Source: Lingula anatina
Taxonomy: Eukaryota > Animalia > Brachiopoda
DNA length: 64,000 nucleotides
Direction of reading: 5' to 3'
Assembly (NCBI GenBank): GCA_051362555.1
Contig: CM120642.1
Span: 27,404,001 to 27,468,000, forward strand
The translations under genes were made by a program, and so were the position numbers. Below are positions 51,422 to 63,945 of the stretch, one piece after another; the stretch's first letter is position 1, and each line of letters begins with the position of its first letter. The notes beneath the pieces are model-generated. The model saw only the letters and a list, made by a program, of their open reading frames with translations, had not been told where the DNA came from and made no database searches.

Positions 51422-54280
51422 TAAGATCTTGCTACACAGAGTGCTGATTATTTCATTATGAGAGACTTCCCTTGAGTTGTGATAGTTTGTTTTTTTCAAT
51501 TCATTGATTAAGTTATCTTTGTGTGATAGCTTAGGTCTTTCAAAAGACAGACTGTAAACCAAGAAATTTTGAATCAACTAAAACTGAAAACAGTAAGAAC
51601 ATTTTATTGTAAAGGAAAAAGCCGTTGTATTTTTTTATGTGCATGGAAATTTTAGTTTAAAGCAGGGTTGTTTTCAGGTTTCAGCTATTTATCAAATATA
51701 TGAGGTTTTACGCAAATGAATACAGGCATGTCTTAGCTATTAATACTGTGTTAAAGATGTTTAATAAATTTTACATAATATGATTGCATAGCAAACTAAA
51801 CGGGCAATCGCAACGTAAAAGTAATGTAGCAGGCAATAATGGCCAAAGGTTTATTTAGAATATTTGACGTTTGTTGTTCATTGTAAAATATTTTATTAAT
51901 ATCTTGGTTCAATGCATAAATTAAAAAAGATGCATCTGCATTATATAACGAAGTAGCATTTATCTCTTAGATTTAAAGTTGCATTTACAGCTTGCATTTT
52001 TGAAACTGATAGATGAAATAAACATTTGTTTTAACATAAATAAGTTGTGGTACACAACAGCACAGGGTGACTTGCAGTCTGTTGTGTTCAGTGTGTCCAT
52101 AGCTTGTCCACTGGTAATATCTATAGATACGACACATTGTTTTGTTAACTTTTAATTTTGAGTTTTATGCCAAGAATGATAAGGATTTTGGACAAGGCTT
52201 AAAGCCGTATATAATGCAAGTTTTAGACCAAAATCTCGTAACCTTGGTGCTCTTTATTTAATATTTTAAACTAATTATTTCTGAAGATATATTTTGGAGC
52301 AACTTATTGTGAAAGTTGTGTTGGCTTTCCAGAAGAAATGTAAGGTAGCACGGACAACAGGAACTTTTAAAATGTTTTTGAAGTTCCTTAGTGATACTTT
52401 TTTGTTCTAGTCATTATATTAAAATGTTTATTTTTTATAATTTGTTAATTGTATATTGCTGTTAGTTTAAAATAGCGAGGTACATCTGTAACCTATAATT
52501 ATAGCGTTTGAGTTAGAAATAAAAATGGAAAAGTGGGCTTTTTGAACAAATGACGATTTTTTATTTCATCGTGAAATCTTTTATAGTAACTGCCATTACG
52601 CGATTAAGTTCGAACCTGCCGTATTCGCCGGAAACATAACTTTATTTATTTATTAATTTATATTTTGGGAGGGAAGTTAGGGGGAAAAAACTTGTCAGTT
52701 TGGTATAAGAGGATATTTTGGGATAGCTATTACGTAAAGTGTTGTGTCACACATAAATCTTGGTTTTTTTTCCTAAAAGAAAAGATGAAGATAAGAGAAT
52801 CATACAAACAGTCCTTTCAACGTGAAAGGCACATGTTGACCGACATCGTGTAACAAAATTTGATCGCGTTTTCGATACTTTCGTCGTGCTGTGTCAAACT
52901 AGTTTTCGGTGTCGGATCTTTCGGTTTAATCGGTTTCCTTTGAAAATCATTGACATGTTTTCTTTTTTATTATATTCTGTATATTATGTTGAATTTCAAA
53001 CTTTTTATTGATGGGCTAAGGTGGGCTATGGTGGTGTAAAGTGTAATATACCGAGAAGATAAAACCCAGTTGCAAAGAATCTAAAAATACGCTATTCTCG
53101 TATTTTTCATTTTTGGTCTTTTTTCTTTTACACGCTAAGATCAAATGGCCATTGCTTTGACAAACATTTTTACTCCAAGAAGTGAAAATAATAACTCTGT
53201 TTTATATATATATATATATCAACTGCATTTCATAGTGTTGCATTGCTTGGCAATACCCCTGGACTAATATCGCAAGGTCGCCTCCGCTGTTATCTATCGA
53301 AGTCTAGCCCAAAGAATTAATCTTTCCGTAAAATAGGCCCTTGCAGCAAGATCTAGTTTTATAAGACCAAGTACCTTTTAGTTGTTCCTTGGTAACAAAT
53401 GTCCGCTGATAAGGTCTTTGCAGAAAGCATTTGATGTAAAATCCAACTGCTACTTGCTTTAATTGATCTTCCTTCCTTTTTTATTATTATTTATTTACAT
53501 TTAGATCACGTGCCCCTCATAAGCTTCGGAAGCCCTTCGCTTTCCATGCCTTCCCCTAATTACATGATTATTTTAAAATCCTCTCGCCCCCCCCCCCCCC
53601 CCCCCCCCCCAGCCGAATCCGCCCCAGCATGGCGATACAGATTATTTACCGAAGGGCAAGCCTCTGATAAAAATAGCACATTCCAGTTAGCTACCCGAGA
53701 GGTTGTGGGACTATGAGTCACACCGAGCCAAACCGATTGCAAGCGAGCTCTACCCGAGGCAGGCTGTGAATATATCGCAATTCCCTGTACATAATATACT
53801 TGTAAATTCGTGTATGTTCACACTGCAAAACCGGATTGAACGCTGACATTATTAGGTCACTAAAAGGCAGTCGACACGACCGGAGTTAAAGAAGACTGAT
53901 CTATGCAATGTTTATTAACATGATCGTTGCACCGTTAACGTAGACTATATGTTTGACTTATACGAGACGTACATACCAGGGTTCTCTTTTTAACAAATGG
54001 GAAACTGTGCCACGATGAAAGGAAGCCAGGCTATTGAAAAAATCTATACAACACTTAGGCGCTGGTGAGTTATATAAGATTGGAGCGTATTTACTCAGGT
54101 TTTTTGTCATTGTGAAGAATATTGAAGAATACAGATTATATGACTCAGTCGTTGTTCTCGAGACCTTAAGGTTGTGTGTGTGTGTGGGGGGGGGGGGCGT
54201 CCTTTGAGAGCTTTGCTTTATCAAGAAATCAAATTTAGAAAAAAAATTAACGAAATAATTATTCTTTGTCTGCCTCAGAG

Positions 54281-54312
54281 CAGGGAATTATATCGTAGAC
54301 AATAATTCCCTG
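54281..54312. mobile_element. 32-bp TIR remnant between 7-bp direct repeats (candidate P-superfamily excision footprint)
   Basis: CTCAGAG | CAGGGAATTAT ATCGTAGACA ATAATTCCCTG | CTCAGAG: perfect 11-bp inverted ends and an exact 7-bp duplication. Confidence 0.6.
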
Positions 54313-54983
54313 CTCAGAGCTAAGGTCGTGGATCTTGCATTTCGTGTTGAAACAGATAATTCAAAGAACGAACTACTAGAAGCACTAGTTAAGACGTTCA
54401 TTGTGCAGGGACTATTCTGTTATGTACCCAGTACATACGTGTCTTATATTGTACCAAGTAAGATAGTGCCATAGACCGGTGGCAAGTGTAGCTGCTTGCG
54501 CTATTTCCAGGATTGCATTAAACACTCTCTACCGCGGCGGGGCTAAGAACACAAATAAAATCCAGCTGTTTGACCCGTAAATTTTAGCATACCAAGCTGA
54601 GACGAGGGCGGGAAGGGATACGGTTACCATTGAATTGATATTACCTTGAGCAACGCGGTCAAACCAATTAGATTTATTTTAGGGTCACATTATAGCCCCC
54701 TTCTCTCCCTTTTCTTCCCCTAGCGTCAAAACCGATGTCAAAGACGACCTTGAGTGACAGCACGAAATGAGCGTCTTTATTGTTTTATTCGAGCAAATAC
54801 TATTTGCTAGATAGACGAATTAAACAATGCATAATCTGTTGTGTAATGGGCGGTTTCAGAGGTAAAAGACCAATCTCCTAAATCTGCCCTACATTCGTGT
54901 TGTTTACCATTTGTTATCGAACGGCCTAGACATCAATGGTCTTTCTAAGTCTTGAATCGAATTTAGGGCGAACTAAGGTGGGC

Positions 54984-55622
54984 GGGTGCGCTTCGCTATG
55001 CCGAAGGTTCGCTATGCCGAAGGTTCGCTGTGCCGAGGGTTCGCTATGCCGAAGGTTCGTTATGCCGAGGGTTCGCTGAGCCGAAGGTTCGCTATACCGA
55101 GGGTTCGCTATGCCGATTGTTTTTAAAAAGATGTTAATTTTACACACACCCAATAACTACAACAAGTTCGCCAAAAATAATTAGAGAATGTTTTCTTGTC
55201 AGTAATTTCCTAAATGTGGGTGACGCCCATAGTGCCAAAAATAATTAATAAATTAACTTACAGAACTGATTATTTAAAGCGATTTAAGATGTTTATGTCC
55301 ATAAGGATAAACCTTCAATGCGCAGTTTTAACAAATCCAAATGGTACGGATGGAAGAAGAGAACTTTTAAAACTCGTTTATTTTCTAAAAAGGCCACTGC
55401 TCGCCACGTTACATAACAAGCACAATGGGTGATGGGTGGCCGACTTTTTCGGCGCAGCGAACCCTCGGCGCAGCGACCCTTTCGGCACAGCGAACCATCG
55501 GCATAGCGAACATTTGATTTTGGGGCTCCGGAAAAACTTAGCCGATTTTAGACCAATTTTCCGGTTTTGTCGGCACAGTGAACCCTCGGCACAGCGAACC
55601 TTCGGCACAGCGCGCTGTCCCC
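54984..55622. mobile_element. Foldback/Mutator-like non-autonomous element with inverted arrays of a 16-bp repeat
   Basis: The left arm has about 8 tandem TTCGCTATGCCGA(A/G)GG units (54992-55115). The right arm carries reverse-complement units CGGCACAGCGAACC(C/T)T (55450-55612). Termini GGG...CCC; direct repeat AGGTGGGC at 54976-54983 and 55623-55630 (9 bp with one mismatch). Confidence 0.8.
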
Positions 55623-56380
55623 AGGTGGGCCCTAGATGCAAGCAAGGTAAGAATGACTAAACAGAGAGGGAGACAGAGAGAGTGAGATAGAGAAAATAAA
55701 TGGGTGAACGACTGAAAGGGAGAAAAATATTTTAAAAAATACACGTATTGACTATATTGACTATATTAGCCATTGCATCGTAGAAGTGAAAGCACACTGT
55801 TATCACCCCGTAGAGCATATATACTTTTGTATGGCTACTTATATCTCACTAAATATCCCCAAAGATATGATCAGCAAATAATGAACAAATCGATAAGCCA
55901 GATCCTGATAAATAAATGCTCTTGACTCAATAAGGTGTCTTGACAATACAAACAGCCCTTCTGTTGCATGCTGCGTACAAAGAAATGTGTTAACTCTCCC
56001 CTCCCCTCCCACTGCAGATGAAAAACGTCATTCAGATGTCGATGTCACGTCGATTCTATCGAGTCTGGCCGCCATGTGCTTGCTTGAACTGCGCACTTCT
56101 TGTTGTTCATAATACACAGTCGTTTTATATTATTCATAGAAACCAAAGCACAGTGGAAAAACATTCGACTGGTTGTGTGAATTGAACAACTATCTGATAC
56201 AATATTGTCAACAAGATGGTTTTGTATGGCTCCACGGGAGAGCGGCGGGTACAACGAGCGTCAAGACGGAAGTATTTGAACACCTACTAATCTGGTTTCG
56301 AATTCCATTTAAATTGCCTAATTCGAGATGATTATTTGCATTCAAGCCCATGTGATTATCCTGGTGTACATATGTGCTTT

Positions 56381-56527
56381 AGGGCTCGTTCCCAATCGTT
56401 CTACGTAGATTGATCCAATTTTGCTGGGACTCCTGCTGAATGCAATCAAATGAACGGAGCGCTTTTAACTTGGAGACAAAGGAGGCGTGTAAATCTGATT
56501 GCATTTAGCGACAGTCCCATCTAGTTG
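56381..56527. mobile_element. MITE family A copy, degenerate or internally deleted
   Basis: GGGCTCGTTCCCAAT...CTACGTAGATTGATCCAA...GGAGGCGTGTAAATCTGATTGCATTTAG matches the 7758-7975 copy. Confidence 0.6.
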
Positions 56528-57784
56528 TAACATTTTTTTCTTTTTTTTAATTGTTTGATCTTATTTTATTTTTGAATTATGTCTATTAAAATAGCTGGTT
56601 TTACGAGGACATTTTCTGGTCTCTTTTTCTCTTCCTCTTCTCTTTCTCCTCTCGCCCTCCTACTCTTCAAATTAAAACGTCACCGGCAATGTTCAGCGCG
56701 GACACAACCGCACGGTCACATGCCTCTGCCACACCCTACAATAAACAGTCCCTTAACGGTCTGCCTTTCCTTTTTTTTACACACTATCGGATGTACGGAT
56801 CGTGTGATTTTCAGTTTTATTTTCATTCATTTTGATTATTACATGTAGTACCACCAGCGTGTACACTGGCGGTACTCATGGTTTTAGTCCCGGCCCGTAT
56901 CGTACAAGTCACCGTTACCGCTTCTCCTCCTAGACCGCAAGGACCTGTGTCCCCATCTCTTGGATTTAGGTCACATATAATCTCTTGAACCCCTGTTTTT
57001 TTATTTTTTTTTTTTTATTTTTTTTTATATTTATTTTATTATTATTATTTTTTTTTTTTTGTATGTCTCAGTCAGTGCATTTGTCTTATGGTTTATCGAC
57101 TAAGTGCAGGTGCAATAGTCTCTTCGGAAATGGGCCCTTAGATGCACTATGCATTAAATAAAACCTTTCAAAAACGGTAAGGACTAGAAAACGATATCGA
57201 AGAAATCATTTCCACGACCCCCCTCCCATTTCCAAACCAACATTTGGAACCAAAGATATTTAAAAAAACGGAAGCAATTTGGTATAGCTCTGTATAGCGC
57301 CGCAAGCTGAAATTAAGCAAATCATCGCTTGTTTTCATAAATGTCAAATGCTATATGAACGAAGGCGACATTTATTATTTGCAAATGATGAATAAGCTTG
57401 CTTTTCTCACAAGTTGACGCCTCTAGTTGTTCAAAGTTAATGTTATACGTGGCGTGTTTTTTTATCATGTTATCAGCGGCCTCCACAAGTCATTTGCACT
57501 CATGAATTTATTATAGCACATTAAAAAACTGGCGACGTTTGATAAGCTATCGTATATAATTATTTAAGATCTGTTGCATAGCATGCGTGTGCTGAACTTG
57601 CTAGGGTCGCCCATGAAAAGATATCAACCCTTTAGATATTATTTAAAGATTACACACAAAGAAAATCTAACTTCTACAACCTTTCTTCTTATCTATGCAT
57701 AAACAGATCTTTCAGCACGCCAATTCACGTAACGGGACATATAGTTACTAGCATCTTTGTTCTAAGTCACGCCACAGTTTTTAT

Positions 57785-57888
57785 ACCCTCTACCAGGGCG
57801 ACAGATTGATTTTTCACAGATATTCACAGATATGTCTCTAGATAAATAGACAGTCATTTTGATATAATCTGCCACCCTGGTGTAGGGT
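57785..57888. mobile_element. Short inverted-repeat element (probable MITE)
   Basis: ACCCTCTACCAGGGCGACAGATT vs AATCTGCCACCCTGGTGTAGGGT (about 19/23 inverted match). No clear TSD. Confidence 0.5.
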
Positions 57889-59149
57889 GCAGTTTTTAAG
57901 GGTTTGACCTTAAGATAACGAGCGTTTGAAGCCCTGGAACATGCACTCAGATGGTAGAGAGTTTACTTAAGAAAGCGGCCAGAACAAGGGCTAACTTTAC
58001 ACTGACCGAGCAGAGTGTGAAACGAATAGTCGGTACTTGTTCTGGCCGCTCTCTCAGAGAGAGAGAAAGAGAGAGAGAGAGGGGGGGGGGGGCGGAGGAT
58101 TGGAAGGTGAAGGGCAAAAAGTTGGAAGATTGTAACACATGCAGACATGGAAAAATCTTTGGAGCCCTGTCGTTACACCCCTCTCAGCGTTATTAACAAC
58201 CGGGTGTAAAGAGCAATCCCAGCCCACGATGCCCTTCTGACAGCTTCTTCTTGCTCTTGCGGGGGGGGGGGGGGGGGGGGGGGGGGTGTCTCTAGGAGTC
58301 TGATACAAAAATATCGTATCGCGTGTCATATACTTATAATTTTACTATTTTAGAGGCCCCTGATATCAGAGGGTAGATATCAATCCTTTATTCATTTCTC
58401 GAGATTAGTTCAGCTGTTATAAAACATGACTGTTCATTTCTGTGATAAAAGCGTGGGATTTGACAAGATGGCTTAAATGCTTGTGCTAGCATTTTTGGAA
58501 ATGGGAACCATAAGCTTTTGGCGTACTTCGTGGGGAAAAAGAGTCGGATCGTTCATAGATACTGGTAGCCAAGTGTTTTGTTTCTTATATCAAAACGAAT
58601 AGCAATTAACAAAAATAAGCATTATAACCATTAAAATTTTGTTGAATCCAGATGCCATCATGAATTGGCCGCCATATTAGATGTGAACCTGGAAGGTGTC
58701 ACTGCCTTATCACAAAAGTGAACAGTAGGAGTAGTTTTTTCCCGTTTTTGAATATAAGATAACCGCATCCTGAAAGTGAAATAGTTGTTGTTTTGGTGCT
58801 CCTCCACCAGTAAGTGTCTGGAACGAGTCTATGAAAGAGCAACTTTCACATCGAAGGTCGGATTTCGGTTTTCTTTAAGACAAACCGACTCAACTGCCTC
58901 AGTTATTTGATAATAGATACAAGAACTATTAAACTGAAGGATACAATGTCAGGTTTGTAACTGAACTAGTCACTAATGCGCCGAACTACGGTAGAGAATG
59001 CACTAGTGATTGAGCATACTGGATATATGATATGTCACGTTTTTTTGTGAAGCAATTTTAACCGCTGCCTTTATAAAATGGATGTATAACATGTAAATAT
59101 GATATGGCAAGTTATAATATATCTGGTTTTTTATTATAAATTAAGTGTC

Positions 59150-59750
59150 AGATAAGGTGATGAAAGGTATAAGGTATATCTAGTGCATCGTAGATGTACA
59201 TGTAACATGGATATGTGCGGTAAGTATAAGGCAGTGAACGCTGCATTCCACTCCAACAGCTCTAAAATATACATGATGTGGCAGAGTAATCGTGCCTTGG
59301 TGGACCTAAGTATCGGAAGGAACATTTTCATTAATAACGAATAAGGCCTCATAGTTACACAGTTGGTGCAATGGGTTTTAGGTTTAAATGTGGCTTCGTG
59401 GCAAACAAATAAGTAAACCTGTAATTTGGCCTGTCCTTGGAAACAACCCACACTGCTGCATTTAAAAGATAGCATTAAAAGAGGGCGGTCTCAGTATATT
59501 GCTTTCAGCATTATGCTTATGTCTGGCAATGGTGGTCTTCTCTGGACGCATTACGGATATATCATGAAATTGATATGAATGCAGTTATGAAGATAATTTA
59601 AGTAAATGGCATCCGATAAACGGGTGCCAACTTTGAAAAAAGGACCTGCCAGTGAGCAAAGATTTAGGTAGAACTCGAAAAGCTCTCAGGGAGGGCAGAC
59701 CTCCGGCAAATGCAAGAAGCCAGGCCACAGATTGCAAATCATGTCTGTGA
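59150..59750 (+). pseudogene. Possible decayed SWIM-zinc-finger (Mutator-type) transposase fragment
   Basis: Broken + strand frames give ERYKVYLVHRRCTCNMDMCGKYKAV (SWIM-like Y-x-V...CxC...G) and, downstream, GRTRKALREGRPP, reminiscent of MULE C-termini. The frames have many stops. Pattern recall only. Confidence 0.3.
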
Positions 59751-59829
59751 CGTGTACCATTTAAAAAAAAACCCCATGAAGTAATTACTACTGCTTATAA
59801 AACAAACTTAATAATAGGCCGTACCCCAG

Positions 59830-59984
59830 CTCCTCAACTCTAATTATTTATTATCCTTGGCTCATTTGTTACCCATCCTGAAATGTTCATCAAAATCCGT
59901 CCATAAACATTTTTCTAATGTTGCGAACAGACAAACAAACTAACTAACGGGACCAAAAACGTAACCTCCTTGTCAGAGGTAATT
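59830..59984 (+). mobile_element. End of a Helentron/DINE-1-like non-autonomous element
   Basis: TTCATCAAAATCCGTCCATAA, a short (ACAA/ACAG)-type microsatellite, then the terminal hairpin ACCTC-CTTGTCA-GAGGT (59964-59980). This layout is typical of HINE/DINE-1-type elements. Confidence 0.5.
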
Positions 59985-62544
59985 ATTGCAAGCCAGTAAA
60001 AGGGAAAAATGTCTTTACCATTACATGATAGCAGGTTTGCGTTTGCGATTATTATCAAAAAAAAGGGCCGCCATCAGCTGCAGTTTGGTGTTGAACCCAA
60101 CTCTTTTTTCATACAAAACTGGTGGCAACAAAGCTGAGCTTTGCAGTTTTTCATTTCCGGATTGATCTCGTAGTTCTGCGGAAGGAGGCGGAATCGATTT
60201 TTCGCAGATCGGCCGTGGACTAGCGATATTGACCTGTATTTTAAACACATGTTATCGTCTAATATTTACAAAACATAGCTAATGGTACTTCAGATTAAGC
60301 TGAAGTTATGGGCGAGGTATAATTTAATTTCATGGCCTGTTGGCCGTTTGCAGTTCTCCGTATTTATAACTGGGGTACTCACTAAAACCCAGTTGTTCGA
60401 TATATTAGGCGGGTTTATTGGGGCACTTTATCAAGCTCAGTGACTGCTGTCGACTGTTCTCATTCTGTTGACTGGATCGGTTTGTAGATCGGATTGTCGG
60501 AAAGGGCCTTTTGATTCCATCCGATTAATGCCGTTGCTTCTCGAGTGACTGGTTCGTCCCAATAATCTCTCAAGATCGCTTACAGCAACAATCTCTTGTG
60601 AAGATTTATACGTAACAGAGCGTAGACCAGTACTTTGTCGTAGTGTCCAGGTTGGTGGTAAGTGTCTAAAAGAAGATTATCAACAGATGTAATAGAAATT
60701 GTTTGTTTATTTGATGTAGAATGCATCTAACAGTACATTAGGTAATGAGGGATGCAAATGACATTATTAAGCAAATATAGTGGTAATTTTTTTTATGATA
60801 TGCTACGTTTATATAGGCTATGTGGAGATATGTGTATCTCGTGAACATCGTCTCATACTGTCATTCAAATGGTATCGATTCAGATGAAAGATCTATGTTT
60901 TTACTGATACCCTTCAGGTGCTTTGATAAAACGCGATTTTCAATGATATGGCAATAATTTCATAAGGGAACCTAATACTTATACTAATATTTCCTAGAGG
61001 AGAAATTATTCTAGGTATCTACAATGTTATCTTTCTATTGCTATTCAAATGACAAAAAAATTAGATTACCGTCTCCCTGATTATTGATTTCACTTTCATT
61101 CAGTCTAACGGGAAGATACTTATAGTTGGATCAACATCCGCTCCAAGAAATGTGCCTTTGTGTATTATCTTTAAGACGGATTAGCGCCGTATCCGCGGGA
61201 CTCGCGGAAGTTGGCTACCATGCAAATCGTGACTTTTTCGTTTCAACCTGAAATGTTGGATTTTATGTTACTTATTTAAAACGAGCCGCGAAGGCTTAGC
61301 GGAGTCTCGGAGCGTTTGTGTAAACGTGGATATTGGCGAAAATGAAAACATCGAATCGCCCATGCCTTTATCGACTGTATGAGGAAATATGGGATTTTGA
61401 GCATCCTATTTTTCATTTACCTAGGAAACATACAATTTCAAGTAACTATGTCTTTTTGTTAGACAGTTAACCCTTCCTATCGAATCAATAATTCGAGTAT
61501 TTATATGAGAGAAAGGGGCGTTTTGCACCAAGAAATCCTGATTTGCTTTATTTTGGATGTTAGATAAAAAAAGTGGAGAACTATGACGTGTGAAACACCC
61601 AAAAACTTTAAATTTGACAAAATTAAAATACATATCTTTAAATTGGTTTCGACAACTGCTCATTCGAATTTGCAAACTTAGGTACACGAATATACAATTT
61701 CATGACCAGATTTGTTTCAACTGGATCATACAACCGCCTTGTTAAATAAAAAATAGATTGCAGTTCAGTGAGTACTTGTATAAGTGGCCAAATTCTCGTT
61801 CAGGCGATAAGAATTTGATGACAATTTATCTAAGAATAGCTATCGCCCGAGAGCTGTATCAGCTGTTAGCTGTCACGTTCACAGCTCCCCCCCCCCCCCC
61901 CCCCTCCGCCAAGGCAAGGAGAGGGCAGTAAAGGAGCGGTTACACTGATCAGATTGGCTAATCATGGCGACCCAGGATTTTGCTAAGAGCTCGTTTTTAC
62001 CGAGCAAAGCGATGGGCAATGTAAAATTGTAGACACAGACAATGTGACTAAAATGCATTTAGTTTGGCATTTATTAACATAATATGTACAAATCACCATG
62101 TGCCTGTAAGTCACCTCAGTTTATACAGTTTTCAAATGCACAGAATAATGATGAGACAGAACAAGAAAACACATTCAGACTTATTTTAATACAGTAGTTA
62201 GACATTTGTATAGGGACCTACATTGCAATTTTTATTTTTAACGGACCAAAAACAACACTATCTCAAACTATAACAGAGACGGAAACGTTGCCTAGTGTCG
62301 TCTAGCTTGTTACAGTGTGTAAGCCCGTTTATTTGAAACTTGTATTCTTTTGTAATAATCTTTCTTCAAAGTTACCCATTTAACTCTTTGGCAAATTCTC
62401 GCCAGTACAAATCTGGCTATTCACATTAAAGCCATTCAGCTGCAGATCCTTCACCCATTACATCACTTTTAGTAGCTAATTACTTCCTGAAGTGTCTCTA
62501 GCCATGTGGATATCATTTAGGGTGCATTCAGATAAACACAATTG

Positions 62545-62737
62545 GGGCCTATTCCCATAGATTTTAGATCGATCTATCCCCGTGGGGAGTCTCACTAGAT
62601 TACTGTCAGATAATCCGGCTTTAATGTCCGTCCCGCCTACTACAAGCTGTAAGGGGGTAATTAAGTGTCGTGCCCGCTCAGCTGACAGGGAGTTAGGTTG
62701 ATCTAGTTGGATCGATTTAATCTCTGGGAATGGGGTC
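62545..62737. mobile_element. MITE family B copy (PIF/Harbinger-like), abutting or nested in a family A element
   Basis: GGGCCTATTCCCA...TGGGAATGGGGTC, flanked by TTG and TTA. It has an internal deletion relative to the 51208 copy. Confidence 0.85.
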
Positions 62738-62740
62738 TTA

Positions 62741-62977
62741 GTCTACCTACGTGGATCGACCCAACTCTGCAGGGACTCGCGCTGAGTGCAGTCGGCATAA
62801 CAGATTAACATGCCTCCTCCTGGCGTTAAGTAGTACACAGAAAAGCTGGAGATTATACAAGTATGTTGGAAACTCTACGAGGAGTGAGATTCAATTAAGG
62901 TGATTGCACTTAACGAGGGTTCCTGCAGAGTTTGGTCGATCAACGTACACCGGTCGCGTCTTTATAGGAATGAAGTC
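62741..62977. mobile_element. MITE family A copy
   Basis: Inverted arms TACGTGGATCGACCCAACTCTGCAGGGACTCG and CGAGGGTTCCTGCAGAGTTTGGTCGATCAACGTA. The interior GCCTCCTCCTGGC...AGTATGTTGGAAAC matches 7842-7905. Confidence 0.75.
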
Positions 62978-63945
62978 TTTAAGTACTGTAGCACAACGCA
63001 ATCTGCAAATAATTACCAGCTACCTCACATCTGGTATATCACCATTCACGATCTATTCAAGATACATATTTATGTAATAAAAAGGATTGCGTACCACCTG
63101 TTATTTTACGTGATGCTATCAGTTTAACCTGAATTAAATTCACCTGAATTAAAACAAAAAACTATGCAATCTATTAAACATACATATTTATATTTTACCC
63201 CAATGGATCATTTTAACTTATTCCAAAGATATGCGATCTTTGAAAAATACATACAGTGTGCTAATATTTTACTCCAAAGGCTCATTACACATAGTGAAGG
63301 ATCATAATGCTTGTTATTGCTATATGTAATGCATTTTCGTTCTCAGGTCTTACAGCTATTAAGACATCTCTACATTGTTGTGTAATTTTTAATTCACAAA
63401 TTGACTAAAATGATATTTGAAAATATTTTCACCTCAATTATACTGTGCATTCTTTGTAGCCAGCATTAATTTTGTTATATTGCAGGCCTAAGTGGTATAA
63501 AATCCCGTGATGCTTTGCAATGACACTTTTTGATTGGGCAAACTGGTGCCTTCTGTCTATGAGCTATGCAAACATTTGACCAATCAAAATCATTGCCAAT
63601 TAAGGTCTTGGGTTTAGTTATCCTTAGTAGGGTTGTACGTGATTTTTTTACTTAAGTACTCTTGTGTTTGGATTGTAAGCGTATTCGGCACAGGACTGGT
63701 ATTATTTCACATAATTGTCCATTTTCTTGTGTTGTGTTGTAGAAAGGTGAAAGTTTTAGTTTGAAGAGTAAATTTAAACTATGATTTAGAAATAAAGAAA
63801 TTGAGTTTTTTATTTATTTGTTAACATATTAAGATGTATAACCAACCATTTTCTAGTTCATTGACAACCGCCAATCAATGATAATTTTACATTTGAAAAG
63901 TAAGTTTTCGAATTGCAGAAAAATGGATTTTTCTTGTTTTTACAG

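Noticed and set aside
54926-55744. Short ORFs with repeated RHSEPSAQRTFG
   Set aside because: They are translations of the 16-bp arms of the foldback-like element.
61186-61338. CpG-rich imperfect inverted repeat
   Set aside because: Probably an old MITE, but the ends and TSD could not be defined with confidence.
52000-63900. Numerous 60-113 aa ORFs in the track
   Set aside because: Most have non-ATG starts, derive from poly-C/G or microsatellite sequence, and show no domains or consistent splice chain.
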